Notes: generated by a model from the sequence alone, not told the origin. A DNA stretch of 53,026 nt from a bacterium (GCA_030640805.1 DAOWIS010000015.1:1-53026); one strand, 5' to 3'; counted from the first letter of the stretch, positions 37,266 to 46,676 are shown. Program-made: numbers and translations.

Positions 37266-37390
37266 ATCTGCCAAAAGTCATAATATTCACGAGGACTGGG
37301 TAGTAGATGTTGACCCCTATTACACTTCTGTAGTTATTATAGCCACGAGAACTAAAATAATAATAGACAATACTCAAGTATAATATGATT

Positions 37391-37422
37391 TACCTTGTAC
37401 ACGCATATACGTGTACAAGGTA
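37391..37422. repeat. CCTTGTACACGCATAT family palindrome, copy 4
   Basis: TACCTTGTACACGCATATACGTGTACAAGGTA. Confidence 0.85.
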
Positions 37423-37485
37423 CACTTTTAAAGTTTTTTGTTGGGTTTTTGTGAATAATGTTATCATCCTATTACCCTCAAAACC

Positions 37486-37514
37486 TTGACAAAGATAATA
37501 CAGCATGCTACTAT
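37486..37514 (+). promoter_or_regulatory. Sigma70-type promoter of cassette-like gene 37586
   Basis: TTGACA-17-TACTAT with TGn; homologous copy inverted at 40860-40888. Confidence 0.7.
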
Positions 37515-37585
37515 ATAAGCAGAACTTTGAAAGTCTAGAGATCGAAAAGAAAATAAACCTTTAACCAAAAAGAAAGGAGAAAGAG

Positions 37586-38155
37586 ATGAAACTGAAAATT
37601 TTTGTTGCTTTGGCAATTTCCAGTTTTATTTTTATCGCCTTCGGTAGATCCTTATCTGAAGTTAATTCCCTTGATAAATCCACTCGGGAAGACAACTTAA
37701 AAAGGACTGATCAAAAGGTCTTGAATGTCGAAAGAATCCTGCGCTGGTATCTAATAGAGGTTACCAGTGATCAGATAATCACTGGTAATGAGTTAAAGAT
37801 GAATAGAAAGAGAATAGAAGAGTTAGAAAAAAGGTTGAAAACCTATGGCATAACTCTGACAGAATTAATCCCTGCTGTTAGCATCATTGACTCCGCTTTA
37901 GAATTTGGTTACTTCAACCATATATTAAGATACCGTGATAATGGTAGCGTAAAAAGGGCATTTGACCAGCTGAGCGGAAAGGACTCTGAAGTAAAACCTC
38001 TTTTTGACTGGACTCGTTTTGGTTGTCTTATTGGAATAATAATTGTAACTACAGGAGCATTCTTTCTGATAAGGAACGAGTTCGGTGAGTTAATTATCGG
38101 ATTTGCAAGTATTATGCTTTGCATAATCCTAATTTTAGGACTAATCGGACTTTAA
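37586..38155 (+). CDS. Hypothetical membrane protein
   Basis: Signal peptide, coiled segment, two C-terminal TMs; AGGAG SD. Confidence 0.7.
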   Translation: MKLKIFVALAISSFIFIAFGRSLSEVNSLDKSTREDNLKRTDQKVLNVERILRWYLIEVTSDQIITGNELKMNRKRIEELEKRLKTYGITLTELIPAVSIIDSALEFGYFNHILRYRDNGSVKRAFDQLSGKDSEVKPLFDWTRFGCLIGIIIVTTGAFFLIRNEFGELIIGFASIMLCIILILGLIGL

Positions 38156-38213
38156 AAAGGATCTACTAAAGACCCTCTTGAAGAAGAGGGTCTTTTTGTT
38201 TTCCTCTTGAAAG
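38156..38213 (+). terminator. Terminator module repeated in inverted orientation at 40480-40553
   Basis: AAAGACCCTCTT-GAAG-AAGAGGGTCTTTTT; 38184-38213 is identical to the reverse complement of 40480-40509. Confidence 0.8.
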
Positions 38214-38265
38214 TTTTTGGGATTTGTATTAAATTAAGAGTAGATAATTATTAAGCGGTCTAATT

Positions 38266-39654
38266 ATGGCTGATAAAAATCAAAATCAAGATTTAGAAGG
38301 GATTATACCAAATCGTCTCCCTCCCCAAAGCATTGAAGCTGAGCAATCAGTACTTGGCTCTTTGATGTTAGACAAAGATGCTATAACCAAAATTGCTGAC
38401 ATTCTCTCCCCTTCTGATTTTTATAGAGGAACTCATCAAATGGTTTATCAGACAATGTTGGAACTTTTTGATAACCATGAAGCCATTGATATTCTTTCGG
38501 CCTCTCAAAGATTAAAAGAAAAAAAACAATTAGAAGAAATCGGTGGAAATAGTTATCTAACTTCTCTTATTAATTCTGTTCCTACAGCCAGCCATGTAGT
38601 TTATTATGCTAAGGCAGTCCGTAAGAAAAAAATCCTTCGCGATCTTATCAAGTCAGCTGAAGAAATTAGCGTACTGGGCTACAGAGAAAATGAAGATGTA
38701 GATATTCTTTTAGATGAAGCTGAGAAAAAGATTTTTGGTATCACTCAGAAATCTCTTACTCAATACTTTCTTCCGGTTAAATCAACCTTAGGTGAGGCTT
38801 TTGAAAGAATTGAAAAACTTTCAAAAAGAGAAGGCAGGTTGCGAGGGATTTCAACGGGTTTTTACGAATTAGATGATTATTTAGGTGGTTTCCAAAAATC
38901 AGACCTTATTATTCTTGCCTCCCGACCAAGTTTAGGTAAAAGCAGTTTATCCCTTGATTTTGCCAGAAGTGTGGCTATGAAAGAAAAAGTGCCAGTTGGA
39001 ATATTTAGTTTAGAGATGTCAAAAGACCAAGTCATTGATAGATTGATTGCCGCTCAATCAGAGGTTTCTCTTTGGAAATTAAGGACTGGTCGACTTTCCA
39101 GCGAAGGAGAAGATAATGATTTTACTCGTATTCAAAATGCTTTAGGGGTTTTGTCCGAAACTCCAATTTATATTGATGATGCTCCGTCTTCTAATATTCT
39201 TCAGATGAGAGCAATGTCAAGAAGATTGCAAGCCGAATATGGATTAGGACTGATTATTGTTGACTATCTCCAATTAATGGAATCAAGAAGATCGTTTGGT
39301 GAAAGTGAAGTCCAACGAGTAACAGAAATTTCTCGTTCTTTAAAGGCTCTGGCCCGAGAAATAGAAGTTCCGGTCTTGGCTATTTCTCAGCTTTCCCGGG
39401 CTGTAGAACAAAGGTCTCCTCAAATTCCAAGATTGTCTGATTTAAGAGAAAGCGGAAGTTTGGAGCAGGACTCGGATGTAGTGCTTTTTATCTATCGGGA
39501 AGATAGAGAAAAGAAAGATATTGAAATGAAAAATATCGCTGATATAATTATTGCTAAACATCGCAATGGCCCAACGGGAAAAATTCAACTTTATTTTGAC
39601 GAAAATCAAGTAAGTTTTAAAAATTTAGAACGCCATCGGGAAAATGTATCCTAA
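38266..39654 (+). CDS. dnaB: Replicative DNA helicase
   Basis: PPQSIEAEQSVLG, SRPSLGKS, FSLEMS, VDYLQL, SQLSR, DLRESGSLEQD, KHRNGPTG. Confidence 0.97.
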   Translation: MADKNQNQDLEGIIPNRLPPQSIEAEQSVLGSLMLDKDAITKIADILSPSDFYRGTHQMVYQTMLELFDNHEAIDILSASQRLKEKKQLEEIGGNSYLTSLINSVPTASHVVYYAKAVRKKKILRDLIKSAEEISVLGYRENEDVDILLDEAEKKIFGITQKSLTQYFLPVKSTLGEAFERIEKLSKREGRLRGISTGFYELDDYLGGFQKSDLIILASRPSLGKSSLSLDFARSVAMKEKVPVGIFSLEMSKDQVIDRLIAAQSEVSLWKLRTGRLSSEGEDNDFTRIQNALGVLSETPIYIDDAPSSNILQMRAMSRRLQAEYGLGLIIVDYLQLMESRRSFGESEVQRVTEISRSLKALAREIEVPVLAISQLSRAVEQRSPQIPRLSDLRESGSLEQDSDVVLFIYREDREKKDIEMKNIADIIIAKHRNGPTGKIQLYFDENQVSFKNLERHRENVS

Positions 39655-40294
39655 GGTTATTCAAAAATTAATTAATCTTTTTTCTAATTTCCCAACAATT
39701 GGACCGAGAACAGCAACCCGGTTTGTTTTTTATTTATTAAAACTTCCTAAAGAAAAGTTAGAAGAGCTCTCTCAGGTTATTTTAGACCTAAAGAAAGAAA
39801 TAAAGATCTGTAAAATTTGTTTTAATCCTTTCTCTCCCGCCCAAATTTTGGAAAGCAAAATTGAGGCGGATAAAGATAAAGAGAAAAAAGAGATCTGTCC
39901 TATCTGCCAAAATCCAGCTCGTGATCGTTCCAAGATTTGTGTGATTGCCAATGAGACCGACTTAGCCAAAATTGAAAGCACAAGAAAATATAATGGGGTT
40001 TATCATATTTTAGGAGGAAATATAAAATTAGCCAAAAAAAATTTAGCAGGTTTTCTAAAGATAAAAGAATTAATTAAAAGAATAGAACAAGAAAGAAATA
40101 AAGAAAAAGAGATGGAAATAATTTTAGCCCTAAATCCTACTACCGAAGGAAATGCAACCTCTCTTTATTTAGAAAAAGAACTTAAACCTTTTAATATAAA
40201 AATCACCCGCCTGGGGCGGGGATTGCCGATAGGAGGAGAGTTAGAATACGCTGACGAAGAAACCTTAAGTTCATCTTTAGAAGGAAGAAATTAA
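39644..40294 (+). CDS. recR: Recombination mediator RecR
   Basis: PTIGPRTA.R, C4 zinc finger, YHILGG, ALNPTTEG, GLPIGGELEYAD. Confidence 0.95.
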   Translation: MYPKVIQKLINLFSNFPTIGPRTATRFVFYLLKLPKEKLEELSQVILDLKKEIKICKICFNPFSPAQILESKIEADKDKEKKEICPICQNPARDRSKICVIANETDLAKIESTRKYNGVYHILGGNIKLAKKNLAGFLKIKELIKRIEQERNKEKEMEIILALNPTTEGNATSLYLEKELKPFNIKITRLGRGLPIGGELEYADEETLSSSLEGRN

Positions 40295-40563
40295 GAACTA
40301 GAATAAGTTAATTAAAGAATAAAATTAGAGAAGAAATTTAAACAAACAAATAAAATAATCGTTATAAAATAATCATAACAATATATCCTTCCATAATAGT
40401 ACTCCTTTATAATAATACTCACTAAAGAAATTCTCCTTAAAAAAAACTTAACTTAAAGAGATTTAACTTACGAGTTTATCTTTCAAGAGGAAAACAAAAA
40501 GACCCTCTTTTTTCAAAAGGGTCTTTTTCAAGAAGGTCTTTAGTAGATCCTTTGACAGATCTT

Positions 40564-40791
40564 TTAATCTTCTATCTTAAAATAGAGGTTTAATAAAGCG
40601 CCTAAGCATATACATGAAGCCACGCCTAAGGAGGTAATCAGAAAAAGTATAGCAAACACTTCAATATTCCTGAAATAGCAAACCCCTGATGCTATCAGCA
40701 ATATAATCATTACTACAAATGCCCTTCTAAAATCCAGTGTCATCTTTGTCTCTGTCATCTTTCTCTCTGTTATCTTTGTTATCTTTGTCAT
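40564..40791 (-). CDS. Small two-TM hypothetical protein
   Basis: 75 aa with GGAG SD, own promoter and terminator modules. Confidence 0.65.
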   Translation of the reverse strand: MTKITKITERKMTETKMTLDFRRAFVVMIILLIASGVCYFRNIEVFAILFLITSLGVASCICLGALLNLYFKIED

Positions 40792-40885
40792 CTTTCTCTC
40801 CCCTTTTAAGTTAAAGATTTACTTTCTTTTCAATCTCTTCATTATCAATGTTCTGCCTATATGATAGCATACTACATTATTTTTG

Positions 40886-41236
40886 TCAAGTTTTAGAGGT
40901 AGTTTCTATCTTTAAAATCTCTACTTCACTGAAGGGTTGGCGATGACCCTTCTTTTTTTTATAACGTTTTTTAGATTTGTATTTAAAAACTATTACTTTT
41001 TTGCTTTTGCCTTGTTTTAGAACTTTGCCAATAACTTTTACTCCTTTTACCAAAGGAGCGCCAATCTCTAATTTTTTTCCTTTTTCCAACAATAAAACTT
41101 CTTTGAAAGTTATTTCCTTTCCTTCAATTTTCCCTGCCCGCATCGCTACGCGAAGCGTTGCAGGCGGGTCAATTTTTATTTTTTGACCGGGAGAAACAAG
41201 ATATTGCTTACCGCCGGTTTTTATTATTGCAAGCAT
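40886..41236 (-). CDS. rplU: 50S ribosomal protein bL21 with 12-aa palindromic insertion
   Basis: AIIKTGGKQY.V, KVIVFKYK.KK...KKGHRQ. Confidence 0.95.
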   Translation of the reverse strand: MLAIIKTGGKQYLVSPGQKIKIDPPATLRVAMRAGKIEGKEITFKEVLLLEKGKKLEIGAPLVKGVKVIGKVLKQGKSKKVIVFKYKSKKRYKKKKGHRQPFSEVEILKIETTSKT

Positions 41237-41249
41237 AATTTATTTAATA

Positions 41250-42185
41250 TTATTCTATTTTCTTCTTCTCTTCGGGCATTTCCAGTTCTCCTAAATAATC
41301 AATTTTTCCTATTAATCTCCCGTATCTGTTCTGGGCTCTTTCAGAAGAAGATTTAGCATGGTCAATATGAGAAGTCAAGGTATTTAGTTCATCTCCAAAC
41401 TTTACTGATTCTTGCTGAATAGCTTTAAGACCTGCTAATATTTTTTTTGAGGCCTCCTCAATTCTTGCTCCCTGAAGAGCCAACATTATGATTTTTAAAA
41501 AATAATAAAAACTATTAGAGGAAACAAGATAAATCTTTTTTGAATAACCGTAATCGAGAATTTCTGGCTGATTAGTAATAATTTCGTAATAAACTGCCTC
41601 AAAGGGCACATACATAATAGCAAAATCAACTGTTCCTTCTTGGGGTAAGATATATTTTTTTGAAATATCATTAATGTGTTTCTTAATGTCTCGAATAAAT
41701 ATCTTAAGGCAGGATTCTTTATCTTTCCCTTTTAGCTCCGAAGCTTTCTTAAAGTTTTCCATTGGGAATTTTGAATCAACAGGAATAATCCCCTGATTGG
41801 TTTTTATAACAGCATCAACTATGTCTCCCTCTCTAAACCTATATTGAACTTGAAAACTATTTTTTGGCAAAATCTGCTCTAATAAATTTCTCAAAACCTG
41901 CTCTCCTAAATTTCCTCTTAACTTTGGGGATTGTAAAAACTCCTGAAGACTTTTAAGATCGTGGCCAATTTCTTGAACCCTACCCAGCTCCAAAGCCATC
42001 TGGTTGTATCCATCTTCAAATCTTTTTTTCATTGAGTCAATATCCTGCTTTATTAAGTTCAGGGCAAATTCGTCTTTTTTTTCTTCTTTTATTCCCCGTG
42101 TCTCTCTCCTAATGTAAAAAATAGAAATTCCTATTCCTCCCAGCACTATTACCAATATTATAGCCAAAAATAAAAAATCACCCAT
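41250..42185 (-). CDS. rmuC: DNA recombination protein RmuC family
   Basis: RGNLGE..L, VDAVI, PVDSKFP, HI.DIS.KYI, T.DFAIMYVP.E. Confidence 0.9.
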   Translation of the reverse strand: MGDFLFLAIILVIVLGGIGISIFYIRRETRGIKEEKKDEFALNLIKQDIDSMKKRFEDGYNQMALELGRVQEIGHDLKSLQEFLQSPKLRGNLGEQVLRNLLEQILPKNSFQVQYRFREGDIVDAVIKTNQGIIPVDSKFPMENFKKASELKGKDKESCLKIFIRDIKKHINDISKKYILPQEGTVDFAIMYVPFEAVYYEIITNQPEILDYGYSKKIYLVSSNSFYYFLKIIMLALQGARIEEASKKILAGLKAIQQESVKFGDELNTLTSHIDHAKSSSERAQNRYGRLIGKIDYLGELEMPEEKKKIE

Positions 42186-42200
42186 AAGATGATGTTAGCA

Positions 42201-43160
42201 TTATCTTATTAAAATTTCAAACAAAACGAAAATTATATAAATCAAAAGTAAAAATATTGCTTCTTTTTTGGTAATCTTTTGACCGCTTCTAATAAATACT
42301 AAGAAAAATATTGCTGAAATTAAAAGAAAAATCCGACCAATGGTAAAAGGAGTGGAGTCGGCAATTTTTATTGGAGAAAGCAAAGCCACAACTCCCAAAA
42401 CTAAAGTAGCCGGCACTATAATTGAACCCATTAAATTTCCCAGAATCATCCAGGATTGGCCTCTTTTGGCTGAAACTACGGCAAAATAGATTTCTGGCAA
42501 ACAATTTCCTAAACCAACAACTAAAATTCCAATCAGGGGAAGACTTACATTGAGACTGTCAGCGAAATAAATAGCGCTTCTGATTATTCCTTCGGCAGCA
42601 ACCAAAAGTAAAATTAAAGATAAAATTATCCCACCCAGGTCTTTTATAAAGGTCTTGAAATCCTTTATAACTCCGTCTTTTTCATCTTCGTAAACTTTTC
42701 TAAATCTCTCCTCTTTGGAAAAAATCCAAAAAACATAAAAAGCAAAGGCAAAAAGAAGGACTAAGCCATCCCCTCTTCCTAAGGTCCCGTCCATAATTAA
42801 AATTAAAGGTAAAACAGCAATTACGGCTGTAAAGATAGCACTGCCCTGAATCATCCTACTTTCTGCTGGGATTGTCACACCAGCAATTAAAACTGCCAAA
42901 GCCACCGCCAAAGTCAAATCTACAACGTTTCCTCCCACTATATCTCCTAAGGAAAGTTGAGGAATGCCACGAATTACTGAATCTATTCCTAAAAAAAGAT
43001 TAGGAATTGTTCCAGCAAAAGCCATTACAAAAAAGGCAACTATAAATTCCCGCCAATTGAGAAATTTGGCTATTCTTATTAAGGCCCTAATTAGTCGCTT
43101 TCCTGACCAAAAAAGCAGTAAACAAGAGATTATAAAAATTAAAATATAAACTAAAATCAT
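42201..43160 (-). CDS. Sodium:calcium antiporter family protein
   Basis: Two alpha-repeats (AGTIPN..GDIVGGN; GNCLPE..GNLMGS), about 10 TMs. Confidence 0.85.
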   Translation of the reverse strand: MILVYILIFIISCLLLFWSGKRLIRALIRIAKFLNWREFIVAFFVMAFAGTIPNLFLGIDSVIRGIPQLSLGDIVGGNVVDLTLAVALAVLIAGVTIPAESRMIQGSAIFTAVIAVLPLILIMDGTLGRGDGLVLLFAFAFYVFWIFSKEERFRKVYEDEKDGVIKDFKTFIKDLGGIILSLILLLVAAEGIIRSAIYFADSLNVSLPLIGILVVGLGNCLPEIYFAVVSAKRGQSWMILGNLMGSIIVPATLVLGVVALLSPIKIADSTPFTIGRIFLLISAIFFLVFIRSGQKITKKEAIFLLLIYIIFVLFEILIR

Positions 43161-45808
43161 ATTTGGGTTTGCTTTCTGACAATAAAATAATGTTTGGCTA
43201 TTTCAATTAGAATAATTTCTATTACCCCAAGACCAATTAAAATTAACCAATCAAAAGGTCCCAAGGGAACAGTTTTAAGCAGGTTTTGAAAAACCGGTAA
43301 ATATGTAGCCATAAAGAGAACAATAATTCCCACTAGACAAGCCAAAACTAAAAGTTTATTAGAAAAAAAATTAATATGCCAAATATTTTTTCTTAAACTT
43401 TTACAAGAAAAAACGTAAAAAAGAGAATCAATGCCCAGGGCAGTAAAAATTATTGTCCTAATATGACTTACCTCATAATTGTTATTCAGGAGCCAAAAAA
43501 ATATTCCTAATAAAATTAAGTCCGTAACCAAACCGATAACAAAAATAATTACTTTCATCTCTCGGGTCAGCAAGGGAGCGCTCCGAGGTTGGGGCTTTTG
43601 CTTCATTAAATCTTTTTCCTTTGGCTCAAAAGCTAAAGCAATACTGGGCAGACCATCGGCAATTAAATTTACCCATAAAATTTGAACGGCTGAAATTGGT
43701 AAAATCCAGGCCTGTTTTGTCAACCAACAGATTGTCATTGATCCGCCAATCAAAATCACTTCGGTAAAACTATCGGAAAGTAAATAAGTAATAACTTTCC
43801 TTATATTGTCAATAATGGCCCTTCCTTCTTCAATAGCAGCCACAATTATGGAAAAATTATCGTTAAGTAAAACCAGGTCGGAAACTTCTTTAGCCACTTC
43901 GGTTCCCGAACCTAAGGCTACTCCGATGTCGGCTTTCTTTAGAGCCGGGGCATCATTTATACCATCGCCGGTCATTGCTACCACTTCTCCCCTTTCCTGC
44001 CAGGTCTGAATAATTCTCATTTTATGAGCCGGCTCAACCCGGGCAAAAACCTGAATATTTTTTATTTTTTTTGAAAATTCTTCATCCGACATTTTATCTA
44101 AATCTCTTCCCTCGATGATATTTCCTTCCTTTACCTTAAAACCTAATTCTTCAGCCACCGCTTTAGCTGTTAATTTATGGTCGCCGGTAACAATAATTGG
44201 TTTCATTCCTGCCTCTTTACAAATTCTGATTGCTTCTTTTGTTTCTTTTCTTAAAGGGTCTTTTAAAGTAATAAATCCAACAAAAGTCAAATCAGTGCAC
44301 AATTCTTCTAAATTATAATTTTGGGATTTGGAATTTGTGATTTTCTTATATCCTACCGCTACTACTCTTAATCCTTTTGAAGTAAGTTCGTTTAATTCTT
44401 CTTTCAACTCCTTTAATTTTTTCTCATTTAATTGTTTTTGTTCTCCGTTTATTTCTAATTTAGAGGAAAGATTTAAAAGTTTTTCAGGCGCTCCACAGAG
44501 ATATAGAATCTGATGATTTTTATCTAATTGATGAAAAGTAGCAATATATTTATTGATTGGATTAAAGGGTAATTGAGACATAATCGGCATTTTCTTTTCT
44601 AATTCTGGTTTGGAGATTCCCATTTCCAGACTGGCTAAAAGTAAAGCTCTGTCGGTAGGACGTCCTTTAATTCGCCACTTTTCAAAAGGTTCTTCAAAGG
44701 GTTCTTCCGGATTTTCAATAAAGGCCTCATTGCATAAAGTAGCAATGATTATTGCCAGCTTCTGGCTTTTTTCGGTCATATCAGAAGTAACAATTTTAAA
44801 AACCTTCATTTTCCCTTCGGTTAAAGTCAAGGTTTTATCAGTGCAGATTATTGAAGTACTTCCTAATGTCTCGGCTGAAGCTAATCTCCTTACCAATCCT
44901 TTTCTTTTTAAAATTTTCTGCATGGCCAAAGCCAAAATTACTGTCATTGCCACCGGTAATCCTTCAGGAATGGCTGACACTGCTATGGCTATTGCCACCG
45001 TAAACATTTCTATGAATTCACCTCCAGTTAACAGTCCCTCAATGAAAATAATCAGACAAATTATAGTAATAACAAACCCAACAACTTTGGAAAAACGGGC
45101 TAATTTTTTCTGATAAGGAGTTTTTTCTTCTTTAGTTTCTTTAATCAAAGTAGCCACTTTTCCAATTTCCGTTTTTGCTCCAATTTCGGTGACTACTGTT
45201 CTTCCCACGCCATCTTCAACAGTTGTTCCCATGTAGACCATATTATCTCTATCAGCCATCGGAGTATTCTCTGGTAAAATATCAATATTTTTTGTCGCTG
45301 CTAACCATTCACCGGTCAAAGGGGCTTCATTTATCTTTAGATTATAACTCTCAATAATTTTTCCATCGGCTGGTACTTTATCCCCGGCTTTTAAAATAAA
45401 GATGTCTCCGGGGACTAACTCTTCCTGAAAAATTTCTTTTTCTTTTTCCTCCCGAAAAACAACGGTTTTTATTTTCAATACTTTCTTTAATTCTCTCAGG
45501 GCTTGGGAGGCTTTATTTTCTTGGAAAAAACCAACAATAGTATTTAAAAGAACTGCTCCAAAAATCACAATAGAATCAGTATATTCTCCTAAAAATAAAG
45601 TAACTATCCCAGCAATTATTAAAATATAAATTAAGGGGCTTTTAAGTTGCTCCAAAAAAATCCTTAATTTAGATAAGGGTTTTTCTTCAGGAAGTAAATT
45701 TCTGCCAAATTTTTCTTGGCGTTGGAAAACTTCTTTTTCCGAAAGTCCTTTTTCTGAATCGGAATTTAACTTCTTTAAAACTTCCTGAATATCAAAAGAA
45801 TGCCACAT
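43157..45808 (-). CDS. Cation (Ca2+-type) P-type ATPase
   Basis: LTGE, IPEGLP, DKTLTLT, DPLR, TGDH, MTGDGINDAPAL, QILWVNL. Confidence 0.93.
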   Translation of the reverse strand: MWHSFDIQEVLKKLNSDSEKGLSEKEVFQRQEKFGRNLLPEEKPLSKLRIFLEQLKSPLIYILIIAGIVTLFLGEYTDSIVIFGAVLLNTIVGFFQENKASQALRELKKVLKIKTVVFREEKEKEIFQEELVPGDIFILKAGDKVPADGKIIESYNLKINEAPLTGEWLAATKNIDILPENTPMADRDNMVYMGTTVEDGVGRTVVTEIGAKTEIGKVATLIKETKEEKTPYQKKLARFSKVVGFVITIICLIIFIEGLLTGGEFIEMFTVAIAIAVSAIPEGLPVAMTVILALAMQKILKRKGLVRRLASAETLGSTSIICTDKTLTLTEGKMKVFKIVTSDMTEKSQKLAIIIATLCNEAFIENPEEPFEEPFEKWRIKGRPTDRALLLASLEMGISKPELEKKMPIMSQLPFNPINKYIATFHQLDKNHQILYLCGAPEKLLNLSSKLEINGEQKQLNEKKLKELKEELNELTSKGLRVVAVGYKKITNSKSQNYNLEELCTDLTFVGFITLKDPLRKETKEAIRICKEAGMKPIIVTGDHKLTAKAVAEELGFKVKEGNIIEGRDLDKMSDEEFSKKIKNIQVFARVEPAHKMRIIQTWQERGEVVAMTGDGINDAPALKKADIGVALGSGTEVAKEVSDLVLLNDNFSIIVAAIEEGRAIIDNIRKVITYLLSDSFTEVILIGGSMTICWLTKQAWILPISAVQILWVNLIADGLPSIALAFEPKEKDLMKQKPQPRSAPLLTREMKVIIFVIGLVTDLILLGIFFWLLNNNYEVSHIRTIIFTALGIDSLFYVFSCKSLRKNIWHINFFSNKLLVLACLVGIIVLFMATYLPVFQNLLKTVPLGPFDWLILIGLGVIEIILIEIAKHYFIVRKQTQI

Positions 45809-46238
45809 ACTTTCATTTTACCAAAAAAAACCGTAATAAGAAATGTTTATAAAAGAAAAAGGGACGCCATAAGGCACCCCTTTATTAATGTTGACTTTTA
45901 ATGTTCAATTTGATGGCAATGGGTGGTTTTTCACCACTATGACGCCCCGCAGGGTTCATGACCAGACTCCTTCTGGACATAGTCTCCCTATTTCTAGGGG
46001 AACCATTGCCATAACTTTTTACTTCCTTATTCTTTTTTTAAAGATCCCCGTCATTTTCTACTTCTATTATACCATAATAGGTCTATATTTGTCAAGCCCT
46101 TTGTGAAATTTGTCTATTTTATTTCATTTCTTCCTAATCTCAATGAATTTCCACCTGAACATTTTTAATGGACGACCGTCTAAGCCCTATCGTTTAGATG
46201 GGGCTTAGATATATCTAGGAAGAAAAATTGAATGAGAA

Positions 46239-46406
46239 TTATTCAGGCAGCAGTGGTTTGCCAGTCCTTTTTAAATATCTTATCCATTCTTCAAGAAGGT
46301 CAGAGCCGCTTAGAAGATTCCTAGACTTGTCCTCTTTAAAAAACCTCTGAATGTCAGATTGATCTTCTTTAGAAACTTTATCTTTTATCTTTTTTCTTTT
46401 TTTCAT
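46239..46406 (-). CDS. Small hypothetical protein (55 aa, not in ORF track)
   Basis: MKKRKKIKDKVSKEDQ...GKPLLPE* with AGGAGGAG SD and downstream hairpin 46179-46209. Confidence 0.55.
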   Translation of the reverse strand: MKKRKKIKDKVSKEDQSDIQRFFKEDKSRNLLSGSDLLEEWIRYLKRTGKPLLPE

Positions 46407-46452
46407 CTTTTTCTCCTCCTAATAAAAAGTTATAAAGGTACTAAAATGTTTC

Positions 46453-46520
46453 TGGCGCCCCTAATCGGAGTCGTCCAGTCATTTGACTGGGCGTCCCGAC
46501 TAAGGTCGGGACGAACCTAT
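46453..46520 (-). pseudogene. tRNA 3'-end fragment interrupted by a 40-nt double-hairpin insertion
   Basis: Removing 46474-46513 gives ATAGGTTCGACTCCGATTAGGGGCGCCA (T-arm, acceptor strand, CCA). Confidence 0.6.
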
Positions 46521-46531
46521 TTTTTCTATTG

Positions 46532-46606
46532 TAGCCCTGACGGGATTCGAACCCGTGTTGCCAGATTGAGAATCTGGTGTCCTAAACCAGGCTAGACGAC
46601 AGGGCC
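46532..46606 (-). tRNA. tRNA-Glu(CTC)
   Basis: GGCCCTGTCGTCTAG..AGGACA-CCAGA-TTCTCAA-TCTGG..GGGTTCGAATCCC..CAGGGCTA. Confidence 0.95.
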
Positions 46607-46676
46607 AGTTCATTCCTAATTTAACAAAAAATCTAACATCTGTCCATGTTAGATTTTGAATGTCAAATGTCAAATG

